Source: an uncultured virus (IMG/VR IMGVR_UViG_2519103125_000002)
Lineage: Duplodnaviria; Heunggongvirae; Uroviricota; Caudoviricetes
Direction: 5' to 3' (one strand)
Length of the DNA stretch: 64,000 nt
IMG/VR virus record: IMGVR_UViG_2519103125_000002
Span: 1 to 64,000 of that record
In this document: positions 40,755 through 50,761 of the stretch, piece after piece
How positions within the stretch are numbered: the first letter of the stretch is position 1
How the letters are laid out: every line of letters begins with the position of its first letter
Program-made: the position numbers and the translations under genes
The notes under the pieces: generated by a model
Seen by the model: the letters and a program-made list of their open reading frames with translations, nothing else
What the model was told of the DNA's origin: nothing
The model's database searches: none

Positions 40755-41093
40755 ATGACGGTACAACAAGAAAAAGTAACAAAGCGCGTGGTTTGTAGGA
40801 AATGCAAATCAGATCAAATAGTCGGTAATAAGCGTGGTTATAATTTCAAAAGGGCGTTTTTTATTCTGTTTCTTCTGTTAGGTACACTTATAACTATTGG
40901 AATAGTTTCTAATTTTTTATATGTTATAGTTCCTGAAAATTCTATGGATGGAGTTGTTGGACTTTCTGCAATTGTTGGTCTTCTTATTGTACTTCTAGGA
41001 CCACCGATAATTTTATTCAGTGGATTTGTTGGTAGAAAAAATATTGTTAATGGTTGCATGAATTGCGGACATACATGGATGCCTAAAAAATAA
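40755..41093 (+). CDS. Membrane protein with split zinc ribbon (moron)
   Basis: CRKC..two TMs..CMNCGHTW. Confidence 0.75.
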   Translation: MTVQQEKVTKRVVCRKCKSDQIVGNKRGYNFKRAFFILFLLLGTLITIGIVSNFLYVIVPENSMDGVVGLSAIVGLLIVLLGPPIILFSGFVGRKNIVNGCMNCGHTWMPKK

Positions 41094-41152
41094 AACATAA
41101 AAAGCCAAATGGATAGTTAATTAAAAACTGTTAATTTGGCTTTTTTGTATTA

Positions 41153-41539
41153 TTAAATCATCCCTAAAGATGTAGCGATCAATCGAATCGCACTTTTCTT
41201 CTTATAATAGAAGTGATCTTTCTTCATCGATAATTCAGTGTAAATAAAGCTGTCTTTCGGCTTATCTGCATTTAAGTATTTCCTCTTGATAATCTCAGCC
41301 TCGTCATAATCCAAAACATACTGTAAAGCCTTATCGATCTGCTTGAACTTGATATTGCTAATATGTCTCGTGTTTCTAATCTCAGGGAACAAACTGATTC
41401 CTTCGTGTTTTAACTCCACTTCATTTTCAAAACGCGTTTTCAATGCGCGGTATTCCTTTAGTATTTTCACTACTTCTTTCTGAACCTGTTTTTCTGTCTC
41501 TCTATCAATAGTCGGTAATAATGTTAATTGTCTCTCCAT
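41153..41539 (-). CDS. ArpU-family late/packaging transcriptional activator
   Basis: ALQYVLD.DEAEIIKRKYL..FYYKKKSAI..IATSLGMI. Confidence 0.9.
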   Translation of the reverse strand: MERQLTLLPTIDRETEKQVQKEVVKILKEYRALKTRFENEVELKHEGISLFPEIRNTRHISNIKFKQIDKALQYVLDYDEAEIIKRKYLNADKPKDSFIYTELSMKKDHFYYKKKSAIRLIATSLGMI

Positions 41540-41677
41540 GAAGGAATCCCCCTATTTCTGAATTTGTCTTTTTACATTCACATCAGGTACGTGAAATTTT
41601 ACTATCTCTTTGTTGAATAAGGGAAACATGCATAGCGAATAGTCCCCACCATCCACCTTGCAAGGTTCCGTTATCCA

Positions 41678-42307
41678 TTAAACCCTTAATAATTTACATT
41701 TCTTGTTGGCCATCTTCTCTTTTGCTGCTTCAATATTATTCGCTACCTTTTGATAGTCCTGATCAAATTGAATCATTCCATCAAACATGACTGGTGCTAC
41801 TATTTCGTCAACATATTGCAAGTAATCAATCGGCGCTCGTTCTGTCTGTTCTACTAAATACCCATAAATATCAAAGTCTGCTCTTGGTATAGACTTCTTG
41901 CCCTTCGGTTGATGAGACATCCTTACATAAGATTGAATGACTGATAGTGGCACTGCGAATACTGACCTATCCTTACTGAATTCTATAAGGAAGAAGCATA
42001 TCGCTCCCATCTTCTCCGCTTTCTCCAAGTAATCCAATTGATGCTGTGCAATGTTCTTTAAATCAAAACGTGTATCTTTCTCTGTAGACTTCGCTTCAAA
42101 TGCGATAGCTCGTCCCTTATATACACCGTCATAGTCTACTGTGCTCTTTGCTTCATAGAATCCATTTAGTACACGGCCACCTTTACTTTTTAACACCTTC
42201 ACAGGAGTCGGACGCTTGTTAATAAGCGCCACTCCTCCTCTTTGATACATTTCATTCGCTAGATTGATAAGCATTTCAAATGCCATCCCACGGTTTCCTA
42301 GTCCCAT
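41678..42307 (-). CDS. recU: Holliday junction resolvase RecU
   Basis: NRGMAFE, KRPTP, STVDYDGVYKG..FEAKST, HQ..YL. Confidence 0.95.
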   Translation of the reverse strand: MGLGNRGMAFEMLINLANEMYQRGGVALINKRPTPVKVLKSKGGRVLNGFYEAKSTVDYDGVYKGRAIAFEAKSTEKDTRFDLKNIAQHQLDYLEKAEKMGAICFFLIEFSKDRSVFAVPLSVIQSYVRMSHQPKGKKSIPRADFDIYGYLVEQTERAPIDYLQYVDEIVAPVMFDGMIQFDQDYQKVANNIEAAKEKMANKKCKLLRV

Positions 42308-42418
42308 TGTTATTCCTCACTTTCTATTAAAAAGATTATTTTGTTGAATTTTTTACTACCAATCACCAAAAATATCTTATAATCGTTATATGCAAACTTA
42401 TTTTTAGGAGTAGATAGA

Positions 42419-42607
42419 ATGCCAGTTACACTCGAACTTATTCTTTTCATTCTTATAGCAATTAGTGCTGTTGGCTATTTGATAAAAGAATCTCAAAAAA
42501 CTAAGAAAAGAACCCTTGGAATTTCACTAGAACTTTTAATTCTTTTCTGGTCAACGTGGAGAATATCGACTATCATAATCAAAATTTTAGAATATAATTT
42601 CTCGTGA
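42419..42607 (+). CDS. Small membrane protein (moron cassette)
   Basis: AGGAG RBS; TATAAT promoter; two TMs. Confidence 0.6.
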   Translation: MPVTLELILFILIAISAVGYLIKESQKTKKRTLGISLELLILFWSTWRISTIIIKILEYNFS

Positions 42608-42714
42608 ATAAAATTAAATATTCCGTCAATAATGTATATGACATCAGATTTTCTCCTTGTTCCCCCTTGGAGAACCGAGCAGTTAGCTTTTGCTAGCTGC
42701 TCTTTATTTGTAAG

Positions 42715-43605
42715 AAGCACTCAATTAACTGGACACACATATAATATTCTGAGTTCCTTTCTTTATAAAATAGTCGTTATAAAATGAGACTCGTCACGAG
42801 AGCACTTTACTAAGTGCTCTTTTTATATTCCAACCTAATACAAAATGAAGTTTTTATATAAAGTTTTCTCAAGATCTACACCCTGGAAATAAATTACCTT
42901 TTATGGTAACGTATTGGTAATCCCATAAAGTTCTATTGTTCCATTAAAAAGGACCCCTACCCCTTTTCCGGGTCCTTTTTCAACGTTTTCTACTAAAATA
43001 GCGTTTTTTATTCAAATTGATGCCCTGCTTATTTGGGCACATTTACCAGTGTTTTTACCAAAAAATTCATGATACTGTTAATTAGTCGAGTACGTCATTA
43101 CTTGACGATTACCCTTAGGGGCTCCCCAGACAAATGGGGCTCCTTTTATTCAAATAACTATTTTGTTTAAATTTCATTAACCTTATTGATTCCTTTACAT
43201 ACAGTATTATCACAAGAAATTCAATAAGTGCTCCGGTCTAGTTATCTTGAATTTCTTGCAAATCTTGTGGGAAGAATCCGTTTATAACAAACGGGTTCTT
43301 TTATTTATTCATCATAAAATAACTATTTTGTTCACTTTTTTGATACATTTACGAAACATTTATGTGTTATCTTCAGTAAGTTCTTTTCTTTTCATAAAAT
43401 TGTGTGAGTTATACCGACACAAGAAGCCCTAGATCCCTAAATCTAGGGCTCCTTCGTTTAAATAACTATTTTGTTCACTTTGTTGTATAGACGACTATAT
43501 ATTTAGATGTTAAAATATTATTGTGATTCCCACTTGGTTTCACATACGACTTTTTTTCTTCGATTATGGGGTTCTTACGTAATAGTAAGGACCATTTTTT
43601 TATTT
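42715..43605 (+). ncRNA. Array of about six promoter-sRNA-terminator cassettes separated by AAATAACTATTTTGTT-like repeats
   Basis: Repeats at ~42841, 42994, 43152, 43317, 43460; each unit has a -10-like box and a GC hairpin, usually with a T-tract. Confidence 0.6.
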
Positions 43606-43750
43606 AGTGCCCATAGCCAGTAAATCCGAGGCCCATATTTCTTTCTGATTCCAATAATCCCAACGTTTCTACTGACGCTATGACGCTTACTGGTGCCTCA
43701 TTCAATCAAATGAGTTTCTGCCCTTTAAATACGTCATAACGCTATGTCTC

Positions 43751-44014
43751 CTAATCCAAATTCATTATCTCTTCTAAGCTTCTATCAGAAATATACGTGG
43801 TGATAATCTGTATCTTTCCGTATTTCTTTTTAGCCATTCCTATAGCTTCGCTCTCGGACTTCGCCTCAAACCAACGAAGCTTCCACTTCTCGTCTTTGTC
43901 GTAAAACTCTACTGAGTACGTCATAACGCTATTACGCTTCAAGAATTTGTCCACGGTACTTGTTGCGGTATAATCAAAACTTCCGACTACATCCTCCAGT
44001 GTTAGTTGTTTCAT
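43751..44014 (-). CDS. Hypothetical phage protein
   Basis: Translationally coupled in early operon. Confidence 0.7.
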   Translation of the reverse strand: MKQLTLEDVVGSFDYTATSTVDKFLKRNSVMTYSVEFYDKDEKWKLRWFEAKSESEAIGMAKKKYGKIQIITTYISDRSLEEIMNLD

Positions 44015-44298
44015 GCCCCTAACCCCATTGGACGCGATTTGATTTTGTTCTTATCTGCCTGATCCATAATTAATGCGGCGATTTCTAGTTGATGCCTTCC
44101 TAGCTCTTTTGCTATTTCAAGAATATCTTTATCCTCATCCCACATTTCTCTTAATCGAATCACTTCGCTTTCATCAAACACTAAATCCAACTCTTCTAAA
44201 GCGATATATAAGTTACGACGCGACTTCTTCATATACTTCCCCTGCTGCAACGCCATTGTGTAATTCTCCTTTTCCAAATCCGTTCCAAGTCGTGGCAT
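44011..44298 (-). CDS. HTH-domain phage protein
   Basis: ILEIAKELGRHQLEI. Confidence 0.7.
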   Translation of the reverse strand: MPRLGTDLEKENYTMALQQGKYMKKSRRNLYIALEELDLVFDESEVIRLREMWDEDKDILEIAKELGRHQLEIAALIMDQADKNKIKSRPMGLGA

Positions 44299-44476
44299 CC
44301 CATTTCCCCTCCAGTTGTAATTGATGAATTTCTCTTAACTCCGCCATAACGGCATGACGTCTTCTATCGACTTCTTCAGGACTGCGATTCCCTGCTTCGC
44401 AAATACACGGTGCAAATTGATAGCAGCCATTCCCCATATCTTTGCTAATTACTCCCGCTCCTTCACATACACACAT
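44213..44476 (-). CDS. Cys-containing hypothetical phage protein
   Basis: MCVCEG..PCIC; follows helicase loader gene. Confidence 0.6.
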   Translation of the reverse strand: MCVCEGAGVISKDMGNGCYQFAPCICEAGNRSPEEVDRRRHAVMAELREIHQLQLEGKWDATTWNGFGKGELHNGVAAGEVYEEVAS

Positions 44477-45233
44477 CGTTTATTCCCCCTTTTAAAATTG
44501 CAATGCCTTTCTTCTGTAATCCTTTGTTTCTTTGAAAGTAATCGTTCTGAAATTATTGAGAATCCGTGATACAATCCGTTCATCGTATGCGTCGTCTAAA
44601 CGCTTCCCTGTAAGGTTTGTGGTGAAGATAGTAGATTTACCTTGCCTACCATCGAAAACATCGAATAACACCCTATTAATGAAGTTTGTTGCTTTTGTAT
44701 TTGCATCTAACGCGCCTAACTCTGCTCCTAAATCATCGACTATTAATACTTCTGCTTTTACTAGACTTCGAATGATTGCACCTTCAGTTAGTGTGGAGTC
44801 TTTGCTGAACGTACTTTTTATTTTCCGTAGCAATTCGCCAACTGTAACGAAGACAACTGACTTCCCTGCTCCTGCAAGCTGATCCGCTATAGCGTAAGCA
44901 AGATGTGTTTTCCCTGCCCCGCAATTTCCTGCCATAATCGTGTTAAATATCTTTCCGTTGAGATAATCCGTAGCGATGACCTTTGCGAGTTCAAGATTCT
45001 TCGCGCCTTCCTCGCTAGTAGGTTGGTAGTTATCAAAATTGGCTTTCTTAATGTTGCTATCGGCTATCATGCTTTGTTGGTGAAACATGAATTTCTTCTC
45101 GTTCGCTTTATCTGCATCGTATTTCGCTTGTTCCTGTTGCTGAAGCTTCTTACTATCGTTTTCAAGGAAACATCGAGGGCAAACAACTTGTCCACCGAAC
45201 TTCATCTTATTCATGCCATGCGTATCACACACA

Positions 45234-46145
<912 letters not shown>

Positions 46146-46367
46146 TTAGTCCACCTTCTTCATCCAACATTCATAGCTCACATTGTCTTCCATGCCAGTA
46201 AACCGAACCTTTTCTCTCCCCCTAAATTTACCTTCATGATAAAAAGTTCTTTCTGCCCTATATATTCGTTTAATTGGCGTTACATAGTCATAACCTCGTT
46301 TTTCTAAATCCCGAACTGCTGTTAACATCTCTTTCATCGATCCACGCCTTACAGGTATCTTAAACAT
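46146..46367 (-). CDS. Hypothetical phage protein
   Basis: Start MFKIPVRRG, coupled to upstream stop. Confidence 0.7.
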   Translation of the reverse strand: MFKIPVRRGSMKEMLTAVRDLEKRGYDYVTPIKRIYRAERTFYHEGKFRGREKVRFTGMEDNVSYECWMKKVD

Positions 46368-46543
46368 CACGCATTCGCCCTTTCGCATACCGCTATGTCG
46401 CCTTGAATTTTGATTATTTTATATCCTGGGTAGCGATCAGGGGTGATGTACTCAATCGCCTTTACTCTTGCTTCTTTTTCATTCCATGCGCCCTTCCACA
46501 CCCACTTCGGAAGGACGACTTTAGATTGATTTTTGTCTAACAT
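46367..46543 (-). CDS. Hypothetical phage protein (58 aa; not in ORF track)
   Basis: MLDKNQSKVVLPKWVWKG...; AAGGAG RBS. Confidence 0.7.
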   Translation of the reverse strand: MLDKNQSKVVLPKWVWKGAWNEKEARVKAIEYITPDRYPGYKIIKIQGDIAVCERANA

Positions 46544-46558
46544 AGGTTTAGCATCTCC

Positions 46559-47191
46559 TTAGTTTGTTTGTTCTATTTTTTCTACTTGTTCTTGCTCTTC
46601 AGTTTCAGAAGTTTCTTTTTCAGCCTGTTTAACCCACTTTGTTAATTTCTTAAGTACTTCTCCAGCTTGTTTTAATGTCAATTCGCCAACCTCTTTAATA
46701 CCTAAGTATCCTTTAATCGTGTCTTCATCCACTTTTCGAAGGGTAGCTAATTTTTTTATGTTTAATTTAATTGCACCAACTTGTTGAGCAGTAATCATTT
46801 CCTCCTGGATCTCTGGTAAATCTTCACCTGCATAGATGTACAATCCTAATCCGTGAAGTGCAATTGCCTTTACTAAGCAACGTTGGATACTTGTGTTAAT
46901 GTCAAAGCTGTTAGGCTCTGCAATCGGCTTGTTCTGATTGTTAAGTATCGGGTGAATCTGACTTAGTGATATTCCTTGTACAGTTACTTCAACTTCTACA
47001 AAGTAACCACAATCTGTTTTGAGGTAAGGCACTCCATCAAATCGTTTTACTTCCCATGTAGCTGTTGGATCTACTTCACGAAGCTTTTTAACTGCCCATG
47101 CCCACGATAAGTAATTAAAACGCCCTTTCTTCTCAACATGTCCCGAACAATCTATTTGAGCCAATTTAGAAAAGTAATTTTCAGTTATCAT
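46559..47191 (-). CDS. Sak-like single-strand annealing protein (DUF1071)
   Basis: YLSWAWA, DINTSIQRCLVKAIALHGLGLYIYAGEDLP. Confidence 0.9.
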   Translation of the reverse strand: MITENYFSKLAQIDCSGHVEKKGRFNYLSWAWAVKKLREVDPTATWEVKRFDGVPYLKTDCGYFVEVEVTVQGISLSQIHPILNNQNKPIAEPNSFDINTSIQRCLVKAIALHGLGLYIYAGEDLPEIQEEMITAQQVGAIKLNIKKLATLRKVDEDTIKGYLGIKEVGELTLKQAGEVLKKLTKWVKQAEKETSETEEQEQVEKIEQTN

Positions 47192-47208
47192 ATGAATCTC
47201 CCCTTCTT

Positions 47209-47394
47209 TTAAAATGGTGCTATTTCCGTTTGTTTACTAGCTTCATACACTTCCATAAGTGCTTGTAATCCATATTCGTAAGCTACAACCATTGATGCAG
47301 CGTTAGGCTCTTTACTTTGCTTGTATCGTTCAACTAGACTCTTCATAATTTGAATTTCAGCTTCAATTTTGTTTTGTAGGACCACCTTATTCAC
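47209..47394 (-). CDS. Hypothetical phage protein
   Basis: Coupled ORF in early operon. Confidence 0.65.
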   Translation of the reverse strand: MNKVVLQNKIEAEIQIMKSLVERYKQSKEPNAASMVVAYEYGLQALMEVYEASKQTEIAPF

Positions 47395-47587
47395 CTGCTA
47401 CTTTCTTCATCGAATGTTCTTCAACGTACTGTTTGATACATTTGGATTCGGTATGGATTGGATCACCACTAAAATCAAGGTACCCTTCTCCGTAGAAGAT
47501 TTCTCCACCACACCCTTGGCAATAATCCATAAAGTCTCTTGCTGATGAATCGTGATGATTTCCGTAAGTAATTGGATTTTCAATCAT
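47387..47587 (-). CDS. Small zinc-finger-like phage protein
   Basis: CQGCGGEI..H...CI; AAGGAGG RBS. Confidence 0.7.
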   Translation of the reverse strand: MIENPITYGNHHDSSARDFMDYCQGCGGEIFYGEGYLDFSGDPIHTESKCIKQYVEEHSMKKVAGE

Positions 47588-47936
47588 TTTTTGAATTCCT
47601 CCTTATTTACTGAGAGAAAACTTATGGTATAATATAGGTAGCTAATTTTAGGGAATGTTTTCTCTACATCGCTCGTTGCTATCGAGCGTTTTTTATTTTT
47701 TAATAGCTAACTTTCTGAAAGTTTGTTAAAATTTAGTTACCGATATGTGTAACAACTGGCCTGTGCTTCTGTACGGGCTTTTTTGATGCTTTCACGCATC
47801 AAAATATCCAGGAATCCTTTTACTAGATGGGGAACACCATTAAATTCCTGAATATTACGACAAGCGAACGCGCGTCTTATCCTTGTAGAATTTTCCTCCT
47901 TTTTGTCGAATTAATCAGACGGAAGGAGGTGTTTTT

Positions 47937-48185
47937 ATGAAACCAACTACTATAAATATTCGTGTTGACTTAGATGATATTTTCAAACTATCTCATCATG
48001 AAATTGTTGACGGTGTTTTAAAATACGTCCATGAACAATCGCATCAGTATAATGATTTAACTCCAGAGAGCAGTCTAGAAATGGTTATAAAAGAAGCGAC
48101 AAAAGCTTATGAAGATAACTTAAGAAAACGTATGCATGAACGATATAGTGCTACTATTTCTGGTCAAGTTGAAGTACAACGTTAG
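47937..48185 (+). CDS. Hypothetical moron protein
   Basis: AAGGAGGTG RBS; TGTAGAAT -10; 0A box TGTCGAA in leader. Confidence 0.7.
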   Translation: MKPTTINIRVDLDDIFKLSHHEIVDGVLKYVHEQSHQYNDLTPESSLEMVIKEATKAYEDNLRKRMHERYSATISGQVEVQR

Positions 48186-48447
48186 ATTCACAAATTTGCT
48201 TATTATTTAATAGAATTTTTACTTCTACAACAGCCTCTTTTACCGCAGGGGCTTGATTCTTGTTTTCTTCCACATAAATCACTCCTTTTATCAAATTTTA
48301 TTGTGTTCATAAATCTGTAAAATCTTTATATAAAAATTTAATGAACTATGTGTTAAACTTATTACATTCCAAGAAGTCCTTTACTTTTAGAATCGACAAT
48401 TCTTCAATACCCTTAGTCTTGCCCTGCATCCCCTTGCAGGGCTTTTA

Positions 48448-48588
48448 TCATTTAGCTAGAGTGATATACCTCTTGTATGTTTCCTCAACCTTATCTGCGC
48501 TGTTATGTACACCCTTTGCTCTTAAATCCTTTATAATCCACAAGATTTTCTTTCGTTCATATTCATCACGTTGCTGTTTATTTATCAT
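48448..48588 (-). CDS. Small hypothetical protein (46 aa; not in ORF track)
   Basis: MINKQQRDEYERKKILWII... Confidence 0.55.
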   Translation of the reverse strand: MINKQQRDEYERKKILWIIKDLRAKGVHNSADKVEETYKRYITLAK

Positions 48589-48755
48589 CTTGTGACCATC
48601 CTGTCTTTTTATCCCAGACATCAATTCTGTGTACTAGGTATGTTAATAGACATATAGCCGCTGATACAATCGCCAATGATAATGTACTTTCCTCCATCAT
48701 TTACATCGCCTCCCTATCCATTTCTGGAATAATTCCGCGTTTCGTTAGAAGTTCG

Positions 48756-49292
48756 TTACACATGCTTCCAAGTCTCATTTCTTACAACCTTCCCTATAGT
48801 TGAATGTGATGTTCCGAATGTTCTAGCCATTGCTCTAGCTCCATATTTAGAGTGGCCTGGTTTGTAGTGTTTTCTTATCCATTCAATTTGTTCTTCAGTA
48901 AAAACAGCTGTATGAATCTGTTCACCTTTTGCGTTTAAATCATTTTTAATTGCATGTTTTTTATTTTCCTTATCTGTCACAAATTCCAAATTGCTTAATC
49001 TGTTATTAGTCTTATCTCCATCAATATGATTAACTTGCATCTTCTCTTCTTGGCACTTATTAAAAGATTCAATAACTAATCTGTGTATATAAAATCTCCT
49101 TTGTATTCCTTTTTCGTCAGTTAATCCTATTCTTAAATAACCTTTTTTGGTAACAACAGGTGTTAAGATTCTGCCTTTTACGCTATTCCCTCTTTTTATA
49201 ACTGTTTTAACTCTACCTAGATTGCTAATCACATATATCCCTTCATAACCTATTAAATCTACCCATATCTCATTTTGTTCTTTTGATTCCAC
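48756..49292 (-). CDS. NUMOD4-HNH homing endonuclease
   Basis: EIWVDLIGYEGIYVISNLGRVK; HRLV..VNHIDGDKTNNRLSNLE. Confidence 0.95.
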   Translation of the reverse strand: MESKEQNEIWVDLIGYEGIYVISNLGRVKTVIKRGNSVKGRILTPVVTKKGYLRIGLTDEKGIQRRFYIHRLVIESFNKCQEEKMQVNHIDGDKTNNRLSNLEFVTDKENKKHAIKNDLNAKGEQIHTAVFTEEQIEWIRKHYKPGHSKYGARAMARTFGTSHSTIGKVVRNETWKHV

Positions 49293-49294
49293 AG

Positions 49295-49495
49295 TTCATT
49301 TCCTCCAAACGATTAATTATGTACACCTGTCCTTTTGGAGTGACTCGCATTGTGATTCAAGTTAATGCTCATTTTGATGTTTCAAAATAACCACAATCAA
49401 TATATTTTTGTAATGGCTCATTTTTCTTCTCAAAAACTAGTTACCGTTCGAACTTTACCGAACTCTTCATTGTTGAAAACCTGTAATTGATTCAT
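49295..49495 (-). pseudogene. Internally deleted antirepressor (BRO-N start fused to ANT/KilAC remnant)
   Basis: MNQLQVFNNEEFGKVRTV then stop; downstream NEPLQKYIDCGYFE..MRVTPKGQVYIINRL with internal stops. Confidence 0.75.
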
Positions 49496-49736
49496 TTTCT
49501 TTCTCCTCCGGCCTTCCGGTTGTCATTATGACAACTTTTTGAGTAAAAAAAAGTTCATCTATTGATACTCCAAGTGCATTTGCTAAAATAGGTATCTTTT
49601 CAGCATCTAATCTTCTCTTGCCATTTTCTATAAAAGAAATAGCTGAAGCGTGACTAAAACCAAGACTCTTAGCCAGTTTTGATTGTGTTATATCTTTTTG
49701 TTTGCGAATATCTCTAACTCTGTTTCCAAATGTCAT
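49467..49736 (-). CDS. Cro-like XRE HTH protein
   Basis: ITQSKLAKSLG..ISFIENGKR; divergent from CI-like gene. Confidence 0.85.
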   Translation of the reverse strand: MTFGNRVRDIRKQKDITQSKLAKSLGFSHASAISFIENGKRRLDAEKIPILANALGVSIDELFFTQKVVIMTTGRPEEKENESITGFQQ

Positions 49737-49755
49737 ATCCGCCTCACCTCCTATA

Positions 49756-49875
49756 GTTGTCATTTCGACAACAACTTAATTTCATTATAAGTTGTCATTT
49801 CGTAAATGTAAACCCCTGTTTTGTCACTTTGTTTTAATTTTTTTTACAAATAGTGAAAAGTTGTCAAAAAGTATA
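49756..49875. promoter_or_regulatory. Lysis-lysogeny switch operators (GTTGTC-N5-GACAAC)
   Basis: GTTGTCATTTCGACAAC at 49756; degenerate copies at 49791, 49820, 49860; GTTGTCATTATGACAAC at 49519 inside cro. Confidence 0.75.
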
Positions 49876-49940
49876 TATACTGTAATTAAAGAATAATACT
49901 TCGCAATGGGATCTTATTTATAAAGGGGAATAATAAAATT

Positions 49941-50285
49941 ATGAACTTAAACGAAAGATTGAAAGCGTGCCGCGAAAAGAAGGGGTACACACAGACTTTC
50001 ATCTCAGAAAAATTAGACGTAAACAAAGCCACTTTATCTAGTTACGAATCAGGAAGACGTAAACCTGACTACGAAACATTAACTAAACTAGCAGACATAT
50101 ACGAAGTTTCTATTGATTACTTATTAGGAAGAGCGATGCATCAAAAGTTAACAGTTAAAGAAACAGAAGAGATAAGTAAAGAAACTAACGAATGGATGAC
50201 ACTGATTAATCAACTATCAGAGGACAACAAAGAGTTGTTTAAATCAACAATTCAAAGCTTTATATCTAAAAACAAAACTCCGTAA
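49941..50285 (+). CDS. CI-like XRE repressor (no peptidase domain)
   Basis: RLKACREKKGYTQ..TLSSYESGRRKPD..VSIDYLLGR. Confidence 0.9.
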   Translation: MNLNERLKACREKKGYTQTFISEKLDVNKATLSSYESGRRKPDYETLTKLADIYEVSIDYLLGRAMHQKLTVKETEEISKETNEWMTLINQLSEDNKELFKSTIQSFISKNKTP

Positions 50286-50313
50286 GACTAATTACTGTCT
50301 ACGGAGTTTTGTT

Positions 50314-50421
50314 TTACTCTTTTCCTTCGTTTGATAATTCTAGTAGCATTTCACGGAGATGTTCAATATTTACCCCTTCGACCGTCTCCATTATCAATAA
50401 CTCTGTAACTAAATTCTCCAT
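50314..50421 (-). CDS. 35-aa ORF in the aimX position, convergent on the repressor (not in ORF track)
   Basis: MENLVTELLIMETVEGVNIEHLREMLLELSNEGKE; AGGGGG RBS; TGTGAA-N3-TTCACA palindrome upstream. Confidence 0.6.
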   Translation of the reverse strand: MENLVTELLIMETVEGVNIEHLREMLLELSNEGKE

Positions 50422-50518
50422 GTTCATTCCCCCTGCATCCTCTATATAATTTGTGAACAATTCACATTCGTTAATTATTTATTTTTTTTGAAAAATAGTT
50501 AACATTCCCTAAAACGAC

Positions 50519-50552
50519 GAATGACATCTTCTAAAAAAAGAAGATGTCATTC
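50519..50552. terminator. Inverted repeat downstream of aimP
   Basis: GAATGACATCTTCT-N6-AGAAGATGTCATTC. Confidence 0.75.
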
Positions 50553-50566
50553 ATTAAATATATAAT

Positions 50567-50722
50567 TTAAACGCCCGTCCCTGGATCAGACATTTTTAAT
50601 GTAATTGTAAGTTGAGTATCCTTAGCTAACTGCTGAGGTTGCTTTTTTTGGCTATCAGAAGGAGCGAATAAAAATCCACCTGACAACGCTAAAATAGTAA
50701 TAAGCGATAAAACCTTATTCAT
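50567..50722 (-). CDS. aimP: Arbitrium signalling pro-peptide AimP (51 aa; not in ORF track)
   Basis: Signal peptide MNKVLSLITILALSGGFLFA; C-terminal KMSDPGTGV (DPG-type); directly after aimR; GAGGTG RBS. Confidence 0.9.
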   Translation of the reverse strand: MNKVLSLITILALSGGFLFAPSDSQKKQPQQLAKDTQLTITLKMSDPGTGV

Positions 50723-50761
50723 TTATGTATCACCTCACTCTCATAAATTATAACATTTTTT

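Noticed and set aside
42840..43480. CRISPR array
   Set aside because: Repeats are only ~16 bp and degenerate, spacers are ~130-150 bp and contain promoters/terminators, and there are no cas genes
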